DNA of 64,000 nucleotides from Saccharofermentanales bacterium (lineage in GTDB: Bacteria > Bacillota > Clostridia > Saccharofermentanales > DTU023), in the NCBI GenBank assembly GCA_050951925.1, contig JBMNJZ010000001.1, positions 1,195,915 through 1,259,914 of the forward strand. Direction: 5' to 3'. Below the pieces are notes generated by a model that had not been told where the DNA came from, did no database searches, and saw only the letters and a program-made list of their open reading frames with translations. Shown in pieces: positions 1 to 8,811 of the stretch. The translations under genes and the position numbers were made by a program. The first letter of the stretch is position 1, and each line of letters starts with the position of its first letter.

Positions 1-1
1 C

Positions 2-340
2 AGGCCTCCCGGCGGCTGGTCGCTGGATATGTTCAATTATGCCAGTGATATAAGTATTTTTGACATCTATGCCAAAATGATTTTGGGCCAAGAGCAGTTT
101 AAAATGCCGGAAATTAAGTATCACTGTGCTTTTGTCGGTGTGAAATTCGGCCTTGAAGACCGGTTGAAACATTCGCTGGATGATGTATTGAATAATTACG
201 GTCATCTTGTTGTTATGCATGGGGCAATGCCTGATATTTTTTCGGCGGTAATGGGCAATTATTCTTATGTCATCAGATCATATGATTTTGATGAACTTAT
301 GGAAGTTGCAAAATATATTACGGCCAGAGTAGGTAGCTAG
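2..340 (+). CDS. ATP-grasp domain protein, C-terminal part (5' end outside window)
   Basis: Frame is open from position 2: RPPGGWSLDMFNYA, matching the ATP-grasp 'EvN.RPpGg..D' tail; lies next to an esterase, a common pairing. Confidence 0.7.
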   Translation, partial: RPPGGWSLDMFNYASDISIFDIYAKMILGQEQFKMPEIKYHCAFVGVKFGLEDRLKHSLDDVLNNYGHLVVMHGAMPDIFSAVMGNYSYVIRSYDFDELMEVAKYITARVGS

Positions 341-353
341 TTTGGAGGCATAG

Positions 354-1091
354 ATGAAGATAGAATATCATCAGTTTTTTAGTTCTAATTTAGATAGGGA
401 AATGCCCTTTAAAGTTTACGGGCATGGTGGCAAACCGGTAATAGTATTTCCTTCCTCAGGCGGCAGGTTTTATGAGTATGAGGATTTTCAGATGATAGAT
501 GCTGTGAAGGATTTTATAAATGCCGGGCAATTTATTTTCTATACGGTAGATAGTGTAGACAATGAAAGTTGGCTGTCCCCGGACAAGTGGCCAGGCGATA
601 AGGCAAGAATGCACAATGTTTTCGATCGCTATATCATTGATGAATTTATTCCCTTTGTGAAATCCCATTCAGGCTGGTCAGAACCAATGGTTACTACCGG
701 TTGCAGTATGGGCGGATACCACAGCGCTAATTTTTATTTTAGACATCCTGACGTATTTGATACCGTTATCGCGCTAAGTGGTATTTATGATGCCAGATAT
801 TTTGTCGGCCATGACATATCTGACGTCGATGTGTATCTGAATAGTCCTGTCGACTATCTAAGAGGGATGCATGATGATTACTATCTTAATTTGTACAGAA
901 AAGGGAAAATAATCATTTGTACCGGTCAGGGCAATTGGGAGGAGGATTCAATCAGGCATACCGGGATGCTGGAAGAGATTCTTCAAGATAAAAACATCCC
1001 GGCCTGGATAGATTATTGGGGTTATGATGTTCACCACGATTGGCCCTGGTGGAGAATACAGATGCCCTATTTCTTAGGAAATATCGTGTGA
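354..1091 (+). CDS. Esterase family alpha/beta hydrolase
   Basis: GCSMG nucleophile elbow, YGHGGKPVIVFPS, HDWPWW; RBS GGAGG. Confidence 0.85.
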   Translation: MKIEYHQFFSSNLDREMPFKVYGHGGKPVIVFPSSGGRFYEYEDFQMIDAVKDFINAGQFIFYTVDSVDNESWLSPDKWPGDKARMHNVFDRYIIDEFIPFVKSHSGWSEPMVTTGCSMGGYHSANFYFRHPDVFDTVIALSGIYDARYFVGHDISDVDVYLNSPVDYLRGMHDDYYLNLYRKGKIIICTGQGNWEEDSIRHTGMLEEILQDKNIPAWIDYWGYDVHHDWPWWRIQMPYFLGNIV

Positions 1092-1160
1092 TAAACATTG
1101 TTCAATACTACATGAAATCAATAAAAATAATTAGTAATATAAGGGAATGGTATATTAGAA

Positions 1161-2324
1161 ATGTTTAATTTACCAGCGATATATATTGCAAATGGAACAG
1201 CGATTCTGTTGTTATTAATTATTTTGTTGAGTTCAAAAAAGCCGCTGCGTCATGTATTGTTTGAAGAAAAGATATTCTATGCAATGGTTATTGTTAATAT
1301 TCTGCAATGCCTTATTGAATCGGTCGGGTTCTTTATGGATGGCAAAGCAGGATATGGATGGCATGCGTTGTTGATGGTGCTAAACACCAGTTTATTTATT
1401 AACAGTAGTATTTTTGCTTATTCCTGGACGATATATGCGGACTATAAATTATTTGCCGATATGGAAAGAATCAAACGAATATACCCTTTTGTGGCGATAC
1501 CTGCCGTGCTGATTATAATCGGCTGCGTAATAAATTTTGTGACACCTGTATTTTTCGTGGTTGATAAATATAATGTTTATCAAAGAACTGATTTATTCTT
1601 TATTCCATATATTGTTACGTACTTTTATGTAGTATTTGGGGTCGTGTTAATCTATTCGTACCGTAAGAAGGTAGATAAGTATTTGTTTTTGCCTGCCATT
1701 CTGTTCATGACTCCAATTATTATCGGGAGTCTGTTGCAGTTCTTCTTGTATGGATATTCTCTTATGTGGCTTGGCGTGGCTATAGGGCTGGTTCTATTAT
1801 TTATCAATGTTCAAAAAGAATCATCTTATGTAGATGTACTGTCTGGATTATTTAATAGACAGTACTTAAATAAGTTATTATTGCATAGCAAAAAAGGTAA
1901 TGCTGTCCGTGCGCTGGCCGGGATCATGCTAGACATTGATGACTTTAAAAGCATAAATGATAGATTCGGACATATTGTAGGAGATCATGCTATTTTTTCA
2001 GCCGGAAAGATATTGCGCACATCTGTGGGTGATCAAGGGATAGTATGCAGGTATGGCGGTGATGAGTTTATCATCTTGATGTATATACGCTCTCAAAAAG
2101 AAATTACAGATATGATTGACACCATTAAAGCACAAGTAACATTGTTCAATGAATCAGAAAAGAAACCTTATAAAATAGAATTTTCAATTGGTTACAGCAC
2201 ATTCGAAAGTAAGCAGGAGTCAATAGACAATTTTTTAAAGAAGATCGATGCTTATATGTATGAAGACAAGCACAGAAGGATTACTGAAGGAATAATTCCT
2301 GACAGAAGACAGAAATTAAGATAA
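1161..2324 (+). CDS. Membrane-bound diguanylate cyclase (GGDEF)
   Basis: About 7 hydrophobic segments followed by DVLSGLFNR, DIDDFKSIND..GH..GD, RYGGDEF. Confidence 0.9.
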   Translation: MFNLPAIYIANGTAILLLLIILLSSKKPLRHVLFEEKIFYAMVIVNILQCLIESVGFFMDGKAGYGWHALLMVLNTSLFINSSIFAYSWTIYADYKLFADMERIKRIYPFVAIPAVLIIIGCVINFVTPVFFVVDKYNVYQRTDLFFIPYIVTYFYVVFGVVLIYSYRKKVDKYLFLPAILFMTPIIIGSLLQFFLYGYSLMWLGVAIGLVLLFINVQKESSYVDVLSGLFNRQYLNKLLLHSKKGNAVRALAGIMLDIDDFKSINDRFGHIVGDHAIFSAGKILRTSVGDQGIVCRYGGDEFIILMYIRSQKEITDMIDTIKAQVTLFNESEKKPYKIEFSIGYSTFESKQESIDNFLKKIDAYMYEDKHRRITEGIIPDRRQKLR

Positions 2325-2509
2325 TGACAGAAAGAGATTAAAGAATCTTATCTCGTGTTTTACTGCAAAATTTGTAACCGGGATTCATGTTGTCCTCTTT
2401 AGCGCCTTCGCAAAATGATTACCGTGAACTGTGGCGGTGAGATTGCTTTATCCGGCGGCTTAGTCCAAAATAGGGCAAGTCTCGGATTAATATTTTTTGG
2501 AGGTGGTGT

Positions 2510-3073
2510 ATGTCTTCTGAAAATGGTCGTTTTACTGTGGCGAATCCCTCGCCGTTGGGACTGTTGGGATTTGGGATGACAACAGTTTTGCTTAATTTGC
2601 ATAATGCGGGTCTGATCAAGTTGTCGGTTGTTATTGTGGCGATGGGTTTTGCGCTGGGAGGTGGAGCCCAGATTGTTGCCGGTATTATGGAATTCTTTAA
2701 GAATAATACTTTCGGGGCTACGGCTTTTACGGCCTATGGCTTATTCTGGTGGTCCTTGATTCTGATCTGGTTCAATCCGTTCCCTGGCATTGAACCTGCC
2801 GATCTGACGAGTATGGGCTGGTATCTGCTGGCCTGGGGTGTATTCACACTGCTGATGTTTGTTGGCACTTTACGTCTTAACCGCGGGCTGCAGGTGGTGT
2901 TCTTGTCTCTGGCGACGCTGTTCTTCCTGCTATCGGTCGGTGATTTTACCGGGATGACGGAGATTACCAGAGTTGGCGGTGCGGTTGGGATTTTCTGCGG
3001 TCTGTCAGCGATGTATTGCAGCCTGGCCCAAGTGATCAATGAACTGTACGGCAAGACGGTGATGCCGCTGTAA
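2510..3073 (+). CDS. satP: Acetate uptake transporter, SatP/YaaH/GPR1-FUN34 family
   Basis: [30 protein letters not shown]; 6 TM; RBS GGAGGTG. Confidence 0.9.
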   Translation: MSSENGRFTVANPSPLGLLGFGMTTVLLNLHNAGLIKLSVVIVAMGFALGGGAQIVAGIMEFFKNNTFGATAFTAYGLFWWSLILIWFNPFPGIEPADLTSMGWYLLAWGVFTLLMFVGTLRLNRGLQVVFLSLATLFFLLSVGDFTGMTEITRVGGAVGIFCGLSAMYCSLAQVINELYGKTVMPL

Positions 3074-3124
3074 GTCTTAGTAGGATTTACATGTGATTTT
3101 GATTGACTGTATGGGTGAGGACAG

Positions 3125-3150
3125 TGAGGCCGGACGGTGTCCCGGCCTCA
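3125..3150. terminator. GC-rich hairpin between convergent satP and rtcB
   Basis: TGAGGCCGG...CCGGCCTCA perfect 9-bp stem; no strong U tract. Confidence 0.5.
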
Positions 3151-3158
3151 TCTCGCTC

Positions 3159-4283
3159 TTAATCGCCGCTGGCTTTAAAATTATAGACAGGGGTCAGGCG
3201 GTGCAAGATCTCCACCGTCTGATAGAGATATTCCCGGATGCTATCCAGAGATTTGTAGGCCATCGGCGCTTCGTCGATGGTATCGCGGCGGATTGATGTG
3301 GAATAGATACCATCCATACTGTCGCGAAAATCTTGTAATGTCAGGACTCGCTTGGCCTCATTGCGCGACATGATGCGGCCGGCGCCATGCGGGGCGGAGA
3401 AATTCCAGTCCGGATTTCCTTTCCCGACGCAGAGCAGAGAGCCATCGCGCATATTGAGCGGGATCAGAACCTTCTCGCCGGCGCGCGCCGAGATGGCGCC
3501 TTTGCGCAGGATCATCGTGTCTAAATCGATATAATTGTGGATAGTTGTGAATCGTTCTCCGGTCTGCCAGTCCATTCCTGAGATGATAGTTTCGGCCATT
3601 GCTTTGCGGTTCTGGACGGCATAATCTTGCATGATTTTCATATCGTTCAAATAGTCTTTGAGGGGCTCGTCTTCGAGATAGGCCAGATCCCGCTCCATTT
3701 TGGGCTGCAATCTTGCCGCCAACCGTTGGTAGTGCAGGGCTACCTGCAGTCCCAGATGTCGTGAGCCGGAGTGGATAACCAGGTAGAGTGCGCCGGTTTG
3801 ATCTCTGTTGATTTCAATAAAATGATTACCGCCGCCTAAGGTGCCGAGTGAGCGTCGGGCGCGATCCATTTTCAGTCTATTGTCATTGCGGCCGCCATCA
3901 CGGCAACGCAAATCATCCAGACATGTGCGCTTCAGGAATTCGTGCGGCTGGCGACGGATTTCGTAACCGGAAGGGATACGGGCACGGATCAGGCGGTCGA
4001 GCCGGGGCAGATCGAGATCGGGCTCAGTTAGACCGGTCAGTTCGGTTGTAAGCATTCCGCAGCCGATATCGACGCCGACCAGATTGGGCACTGCTTTGTC
4101 TGTGATCGTCATTGTAGTACCGATCGTGCTGCCTGCTCCGGCGTGTACATCCGGCATGATTCTGATCTTGCTTCCTGCTACGAACGGCTGATTGACCAGA
4201 TTATGGATCTGAGCGCGCGCTGTTTCTTCAAGTTCACTTGTGAAGACCTTAGCTTCGTTGTATTTGCCTTTGATTATATGCAA
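3159..4283 (-). CDS. rtcB: RtcB family RNA ligase
   Basis: MPDVHAG, VGVDIGCG, GTLGGGNHF, HSGSR, HN, RKGA, HGAGR, DEAPMAYK; likely TTG start at 4283 after AAGGATGGTG (the ORF track extends to 4382). Confidence 0.92.
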   Translation of the reverse strand: MHIIKGKYNEAKVFTSELEETARAQIHNLVNQPFVAGSKIRIMPDVHAGAGSTIGTTMTITDKAVPNLVGVDIGCGMLTTELTGLTEPDLDLPRLDRLIRARIPSGYEIRRQPHEFLKRTCLDDLRCRDGGRNDNRLKMDRARRSLGTLGGGNHFIEINRDQTGALYLVIHSGSRHLGLQVALHYQRLAARLQPKMERDLAYLEDEPLKDYLNDMKIMQDYAVQNRKAMAETIISGMDWQTGERFTTIHNYIDLDTMILRKGAISARAGEKVLIPLNMRDGSLLCVGKGNPDWNFSAPHGAGRIMSRNEAKRVLTLQDFRDSMDGIYSTSIRRDTIDEAPMAYKSLDSIREYLYQTVEILHRLTPVYNFKASGD

Positions 4284-4473
4284 ATTAAAACACCATCCTT
4301 GCTTATTATCATTATATAGAAAGTGCAGAGTGTGTGGGAATTGACGGCTTTTATTTGCTTTGCCGGGCTGCAATGCTATCATTTAATTGTTTACAAAGTT
4401 GAGGATCAAATAATGGCGCCAATTAGACCAAAGTCAGTTCAAGCGATTTTTGAGATTAGGACGGTGTTTCCCT

Positions 4474-5961
4474 TTGGCTAAGCAATATCCAAGTATTTTT
4501 AATGATGTTCTGGGTCCTGTTATGAGAGGTTCCTCAAGTTCTCATACCGCTGCCTCTGTGCGCATTGGACAGATGCTCTTCCAGCTGCGCCGGCCGGGGA
4601 AGGCGAAGGTCGATTTTTATTTTCGGCAGGGGAGCTCAATAGCCCGGACCTATCACACGCAGCAATCTGATCTAGGGCTGGCGGCCGGCTTGTTGGGATT
4701 AGAGGCTGACGACGAGCGCCTGTTATCAGCGCTGGATTTATTACCGGCAGCAGATCTTGAGTTAAATTTTCACATAGTTTCCGGAGAGATCACGCATCCC
4801 AATTCTTATCAGGTCCGTCTTTTGAATGAGGACGGATCACAATATATGCTGACCTTCCTTTCCACAGGCGGAGGCATGATAGAGCTGGTGGAATTTCAGG
4901 AGCGGGTAATATCTGAAGACGGCGGTTTTCACTTGGCTTTGCCAGATAATGCAGCTGATTTTGATTGGTTGATTGTCAGATCGGAGAAGCCCTTTACAGA
5001 TGAGGAGAAGGCGGAGTTTGAGCTGAAATCTTCCGATACTGTTTATTTTAGTCCGGTCTTGCCCATCGGCTCACAGCTGAAGCCTGCGGTACCCTTTACA
5101 TCGATTCCTGAGCTGAAGGAATTAGCACATGACAAGGGATTGAACGCTTATCGGGCTGCCATGCTGTATGAGAGCCGGCGCAGTGGTTTGCCACCCTCTG
5201 CTTTATTGGAGAAGATGGACTATATCCTAACCGTTATGGAAGAAGCTGTGAATATGGGTTTAGCAGGAACAGATTTTTCTGATCGCATTCTCGGGCCTCA
5301 AGCGCAAAAGATTTTGGCAAATACACAGACATTTGTCGGGGGTGAAGTGCTGCGAAATATTATCGCCAATACCAGCGCGGTGATGGAGGTAAAAAGTTCG
5401 CTCGGCGTGATCGTGGCGGCGCCGACAGCTGGGGCCTGCGGCGTGATTCCCGGCAGCTTGCTGGCTGTGGGCAAAGCGGTCAATGCCAATCGGGATGCCA
5501 TAATCGAAGCTCTCTTTGCCGCCGGGCTAATTGGCTTATTCATTGCCATGGGATCGACATTTTCCGCCGAGCTTGCCGGCTGTCAGGCTGAATGCGGCTC
5601 TGCCTCAGGGATGGCGGCGGGAGCAATCGCCCATCTGCTGGGCGGGAATCTGGAGACAGTGCTGGCGGCTGCTTCTTTAGCGCTGCAGAATATTATTGGC
5701 TTGGTTTGTGATCCAGTCGCAGGCAGGGTAGAAGTGCCTTGCCTGGGCAAGAATATACTGGCGGGCAACAATGCACTGAGCTGTGCTAATATGGCTATAT
5801 CCGGGTTTGATACCGTTATTCCCCTTGAAGAGACAATCAAGGCAATGGATGAGGCGGGAAGAATGCTACCTGCGGCTTTGCGCTGTACCGCAATCGGAGG
5901 TCTGGCCGGTACTGGGACTTCGCAGCAGATACAGCAAATGCTGACTGAAAAGCAAAATTAA
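4474..5961 (+). CDS. Fe-S L-serine dehydratase, fused beta and alpha subunits
   Basis: N-terminal SIFNDVLGPVMRGSSSSHTA (beta); C-terminal IVAAPTAGACG, GCQAECG, GLVCDPVAGRVEVPC (alpha); start uncertain (4450 or 4474). Confidence 0.85.
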   Translation: MAKQYPSIFNDVLGPVMRGSSSSHTAASVRIGQMLFQLRRPGKAKVDFYFRQGSSIARTYHTQQSDLGLAAGLLGLEADDERLLSALDLLPAADLELNFHIVSGEITHPNSYQVRLLNEDGSQYMLTFLSTGGGMIELVEFQERVISEDGGFHLALPDNAADFDWLIVRSEKPFTDEEKAEFELKSSDTVYFSPVLPIGSQLKPAVPFTSIPELKELAHDKGLNAYRAAMLYESRRSGLPPSALLEKMDYILTVMEEAVNMGLAGTDFSDRILGPQAQKILANTQTFVGGEVLRNIIANTSAVMEVKSSLGVIVAAPTAGACGVIPGSLLAVGKAVNANRDAIIEALFAAGLIGLFIAMGSTFSAELAGCQAECGSASGMAAGAIAHLLGGNLETVLAAASLALQNIIGLVCDPVAGRVEVPCLGKNILAGNNALSCANMAISGFDTVIPLEETIKAMDEAGRMLPAALRCTAIGGLAGTGTSQQIQQMLTEKQN

Positions 5962-6069
5962 CTGCCTTGAAAATGAATTACAGCAAGTACTTGAGAGTTT
6001 ATCTGATGTAAGGAGGCGCTATGGCTAGTGGGTGCTTTAATGTGCTAAGGTTAAAAGCGAATAGATAAT

Positions 6070-6837
6070 ATGTGCAAAAAAGTAGCAATTGTCACTGGTG
6101 CATCCTCCGGCCTGGGCCGTGAGTTCGCACGTCAAGTAGATAAGGTCAAGGGAATAGATGAAATTTGGCTGATAGCGAGACGACAGGAACGCCTGGTTCA
6201 GTTAGCTGCCGAGCTGAAAACAGCTACCCGAGTTTTGGCTCTGGATTTATTGCAGGAGAATTCTTTTGAGATCATTGCATCTGAGCTGAATCAGCAAAAA
6301 CCGGTAGTTTCGATCTTGATTAACAATGCTGGCAAGGGCAAAGCGGGCAGATTTACAAGCTTAGAGCGAGACTATAACGATGAAGTATTAAAGCTGAATG
6401 TGCTTGCTATTATGCAGCTTACGAATATTGTTCTGCCATTTTGCGCACCTGGCTCCAGAATCCTTCAGATCAGCTCTGTGGCAGCTTTTATGCCGCAACC
6501 TGGCTTTAGCGTCTATGCCGCCAGCAAAGCCTTTGTTCTGTCATTTGCGCGGGCTCTGAATGAGGAGCTGCGCCGTGAAAAAATTACAGTAACGGCTGTT
6601 TGCCCCAATCCGATGGAGACTGAGTTTTTTAATAATGCCTCAGGCAAGAGTAAGCTCAATCGGATTAAATCGCTTGGTATTGAAAAGCCTGAACATGTTG
6701 TTAGGGTCGCGCTTGAAAGATCCGCCCGTGGCAAAGATGTTTCCGTATCCTGCGTTGCGGGTAAATTATTGCGCCTGGTCGGGAAATTCTTACCTAACCG
6801 CGTCATTATGCGGGTTATCAGCAAAATGGGCTATTGA
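6070..6837 (+). CDS. Short-chain dehydrogenase/reductase
   Basis: TGASSGLG, NNAG, YAASK. Confidence 0.9.
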   Translation: MCKKVAIVTGASSGLGREFARQVDKVKGIDEIWLIARRQERLVQLAAELKTATRVLALDLLQENSFEIIASELNQQKPVVSILINNAGKGKAGRFTSLERDYNDEVLKLNVLAIMQLTNIVLPFCAPGSRILQISSVAAFMPQPGFSVYAASKAFVLSFARALNEELRREKITVTAVCPNPMETEFFNNASGKSKLNRIKSLGIEKPEHVVRVALERSARGKDVSVSCVAGKLLRLVGKFLPNRVIMRVISKMGY

Positions 6838-6911
6838 CAGCCTGTAAGCAGTTTTTCTGCTAGAATATCAATTAAGCATTTTAGATTTATTTTATATAGC
6901 TAAAGAAAGGA

Positions 6912-7817
6912 TTGATGCCAGTTATGAATCCGGCACCTGTAAAGAAAGATGTCCGTTTAGCCGTCCTGATCGATGCTGATAATGTTTCCCCTGATCATAC
7001 GCAAAATATGATCGAGGAAATCGCGCGTTACGGCAATCCTACAATCAAAAGAATATATGGGGACTGGACTAAGCCCGGTCTGACCAAATGGAAAAACCAA
7101 CTCCTGGATTATGCGATTTCCCCCGTTCAGCAGTTTGGATATACTACAGGGAAGAATGCGACCGATTCCGCCATGATTATTGATGCCATGGATATCCTGT
7201 ATGCAGACCGTGTGGACGGCTTTGTAATTGTTTCTTCGGATAGCGATTTCACCAAATTGGCTACCCGTCTCCGCGAAGCCGGCAAAATCGTCTATGGCTT
7301 GGGTGAAATGAAGACCCCTAATGCTTTTATTGCCGCCTGTGACCGCTTCATTTATCTGGAGGTAATTGAACAGCGCAATGCAGTAAGTGCCGACAGCTCG
7401 GGAGCTGACAGCGAGGATAAGGATCTTTCAGCTGCTGAAAGCAAGGCAAAGAATGCTCAGGCTGAGGATAAAACTAAAAAAGAAATTAAGAGAAGCCCTG
7501 CTAAGAGGGGTGAGCGCGCGGGCAAAGATGAGAGTGAGCCGGTCAAAAAGCCGGCAGTACTGAAAGTGAATCGCAATGTTATTAATCTGATTACTAACTC
7601 AATTCGCGATGTCGAAGACGACGAGGGCTGGGCTTTTTTGGCTGATGTCGGCAATATGCTGATAAAGAGACAGCCGTCTTTTGACTCGCGGAACTATGGT
7701 TATGATAAATTGACAACAATGATCAGATCCATCGATAACTTTGATGTTCAGTTCCGCGAGACCAGCAATCCGAATATCAAATTGGTCTATATCCGAATCA
7801 AAACTCTTAAAAGATAG
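6912..7817 (+). CDS. NYN domain protein with C-terminal OST-HTH/LOTUS domain
   Basis: LIDADN, GKNATD, IDAMD, SSDSDF; C-terminal GWAFLADVG...FDSRNYG. Confidence 0.85.
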   Translation: MMPVMNPAPVKKDVRLAVLIDADNVSPDHTQNMIEEIARYGNPTIKRIYGDWTKPGLTKWKNQLLDYAISPVQQFGYTTGKNATDSAMIIDAMDILYADRVDGFVIVSSDSDFTKLATRLREAGKIVYGLGEMKTPNAFIAACDRFIYLEVIEQRNAVSADSSGADSEDKDLSAAESKAKNAQAEDKTKKEIKRSPAKRGERAGKDESEPVKKPAVLKVNRNVINLITNSIRDVEDDEGWAFLADVGNMLIKRQPSFDSRNYGYDKLTTMIRSIDNFDVQFRETSNPNIKLVYIRIKTLKR

Positions 7818-7861
7818 TCCGATAATTAAGTAAAAATAAAATTTTTCACTTGGAGGGAATT

Positions 7862-8779
7862 ATGGGGAAGCCGATCTTGGTTGTGATGGCAGCAGGAATG
7901 GGATCACGCTATGGGGGATTGAAACAAATTGAGCCTGTCGGGCCCGGTGGCGAAATTATTCTTGATTATTCTGTCTATGACGCACTGCGAGCCGGTTTTG
8001 AGCGAGTTATTTTTATTATTAAGAAGAGCATTGAACAAGATTTTTCAACTTGTATTGCCCCGGGAATGAAGCAAAAAATCCAGATTGATTATGCTTTTCA
8101 GGAGCTTGAGGCAATACCGAAGGGTTTCAAGATACCTGAGGGCAGAGAAAAACCCTGGGGCACTGGTCAGGCTATTCTGGCGGCCGGCGATCTGATTGAC
8201 GCTCCTTTTGCCGTAATTAATGCTGATGATTATTATGGCCCGCAAGCGTTTGCTCTGATGTATGACCATCTCAGCGCTGCCAGATTCCCGGCGGAAACTT
8301 ATGCCCTTTGTACCTGGCAGCTGGTTAATACCTTGAGTGAGCACGGCCATGTCTCGCGAGGCGTATGCGCGCTTACTGCGGATAGCTATTTGCGTGAAAT
8401 TATCGAGACTAAGCAGATTTTCCAGACAACAGACGGCGGAAAATACCGTCTGGATGACGATCAAGACTGGTGGGAGCTTGCCGCTGCTACCCCGGTATCG
8501 ATGAATTTCTGGGGTCTGCCACAGGACTTCCTCCAGCTGCTTGAAGAGCGCTTTCCTCTCTTCCTGGCATCCGATGTTGTCTCGGATCCCTTGAAAGCTG
8601 AATTCCTGCTGCCGGAAGTTATTGACGGATGTATTAAAGCGGAACTGATCAAAGTTAAGGCAATGCCGGTCGCTGACCGCTGGTATGGCATTACTTATCG
8701 GGAAGATAGAGACAAGGTAACAAATGCCCTGGCTGCATTGACAGCCGGTGGCCTGTACCCGGCGAAATTATGGCCCTAG
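7862..8779 (+). CDS. Sugar-phosphate nucleotidyltransferase family protein
   Basis: VMAAGMGSRYGGLKQ, REKPWGTG, NADDYYG; ATG 7862 follows GGAGG. Confidence 0.8.
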   Translation: MGKPILVVMAAGMGSRYGGLKQIEPVGPGGEIILDYSVYDALRAGFERVIFIIKKSIEQDFSTCIAPGMKQKIQIDYAFQELEAIPKGFKIPEGREKPWGTGQAILAAGDLIDAPFAVINADDYYGPQAFALMYDHLSAARFPAETYALCTWQLVNTLSEHGHVSRGVCALTADSYLREIIETKQIFQTTDGGKYRLDDDQDWWELAAATPVSMNFWGLPQDFLQLLEERFPLFLASDVVSDPLKAEFLLPEVIDGCIKAELIKVKAMPVADRWYGITYREDRDKVTNALAALTAGGLYPAKLWP

Positions 8780-8811
8780 CTTTATAAAAACTTCTGAATA
8801 GAGAGTGCAGT

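Noticed and set aside
2325..2509. Possible c-di-GMP riboswitch or sRNA between the GGDEF gene and satP
   Set aside because: No recognisable GEMM motif or stable multi-stem structure by eye; an Rfam scan would be decisive
4284..4382. N-terminal extension of rtcB in the ORF track
   Set aside because: Covers the RBS and divergent promoter region; family similarity starts at LHIIKGKYNEAKVF
6834..6866. TTGACA/TAGAAT promoter pair upstream of the NYN gene
   Set aside because: Spacing is 21 nt; only an extended -10 (TGcTAGAAT) is plausible
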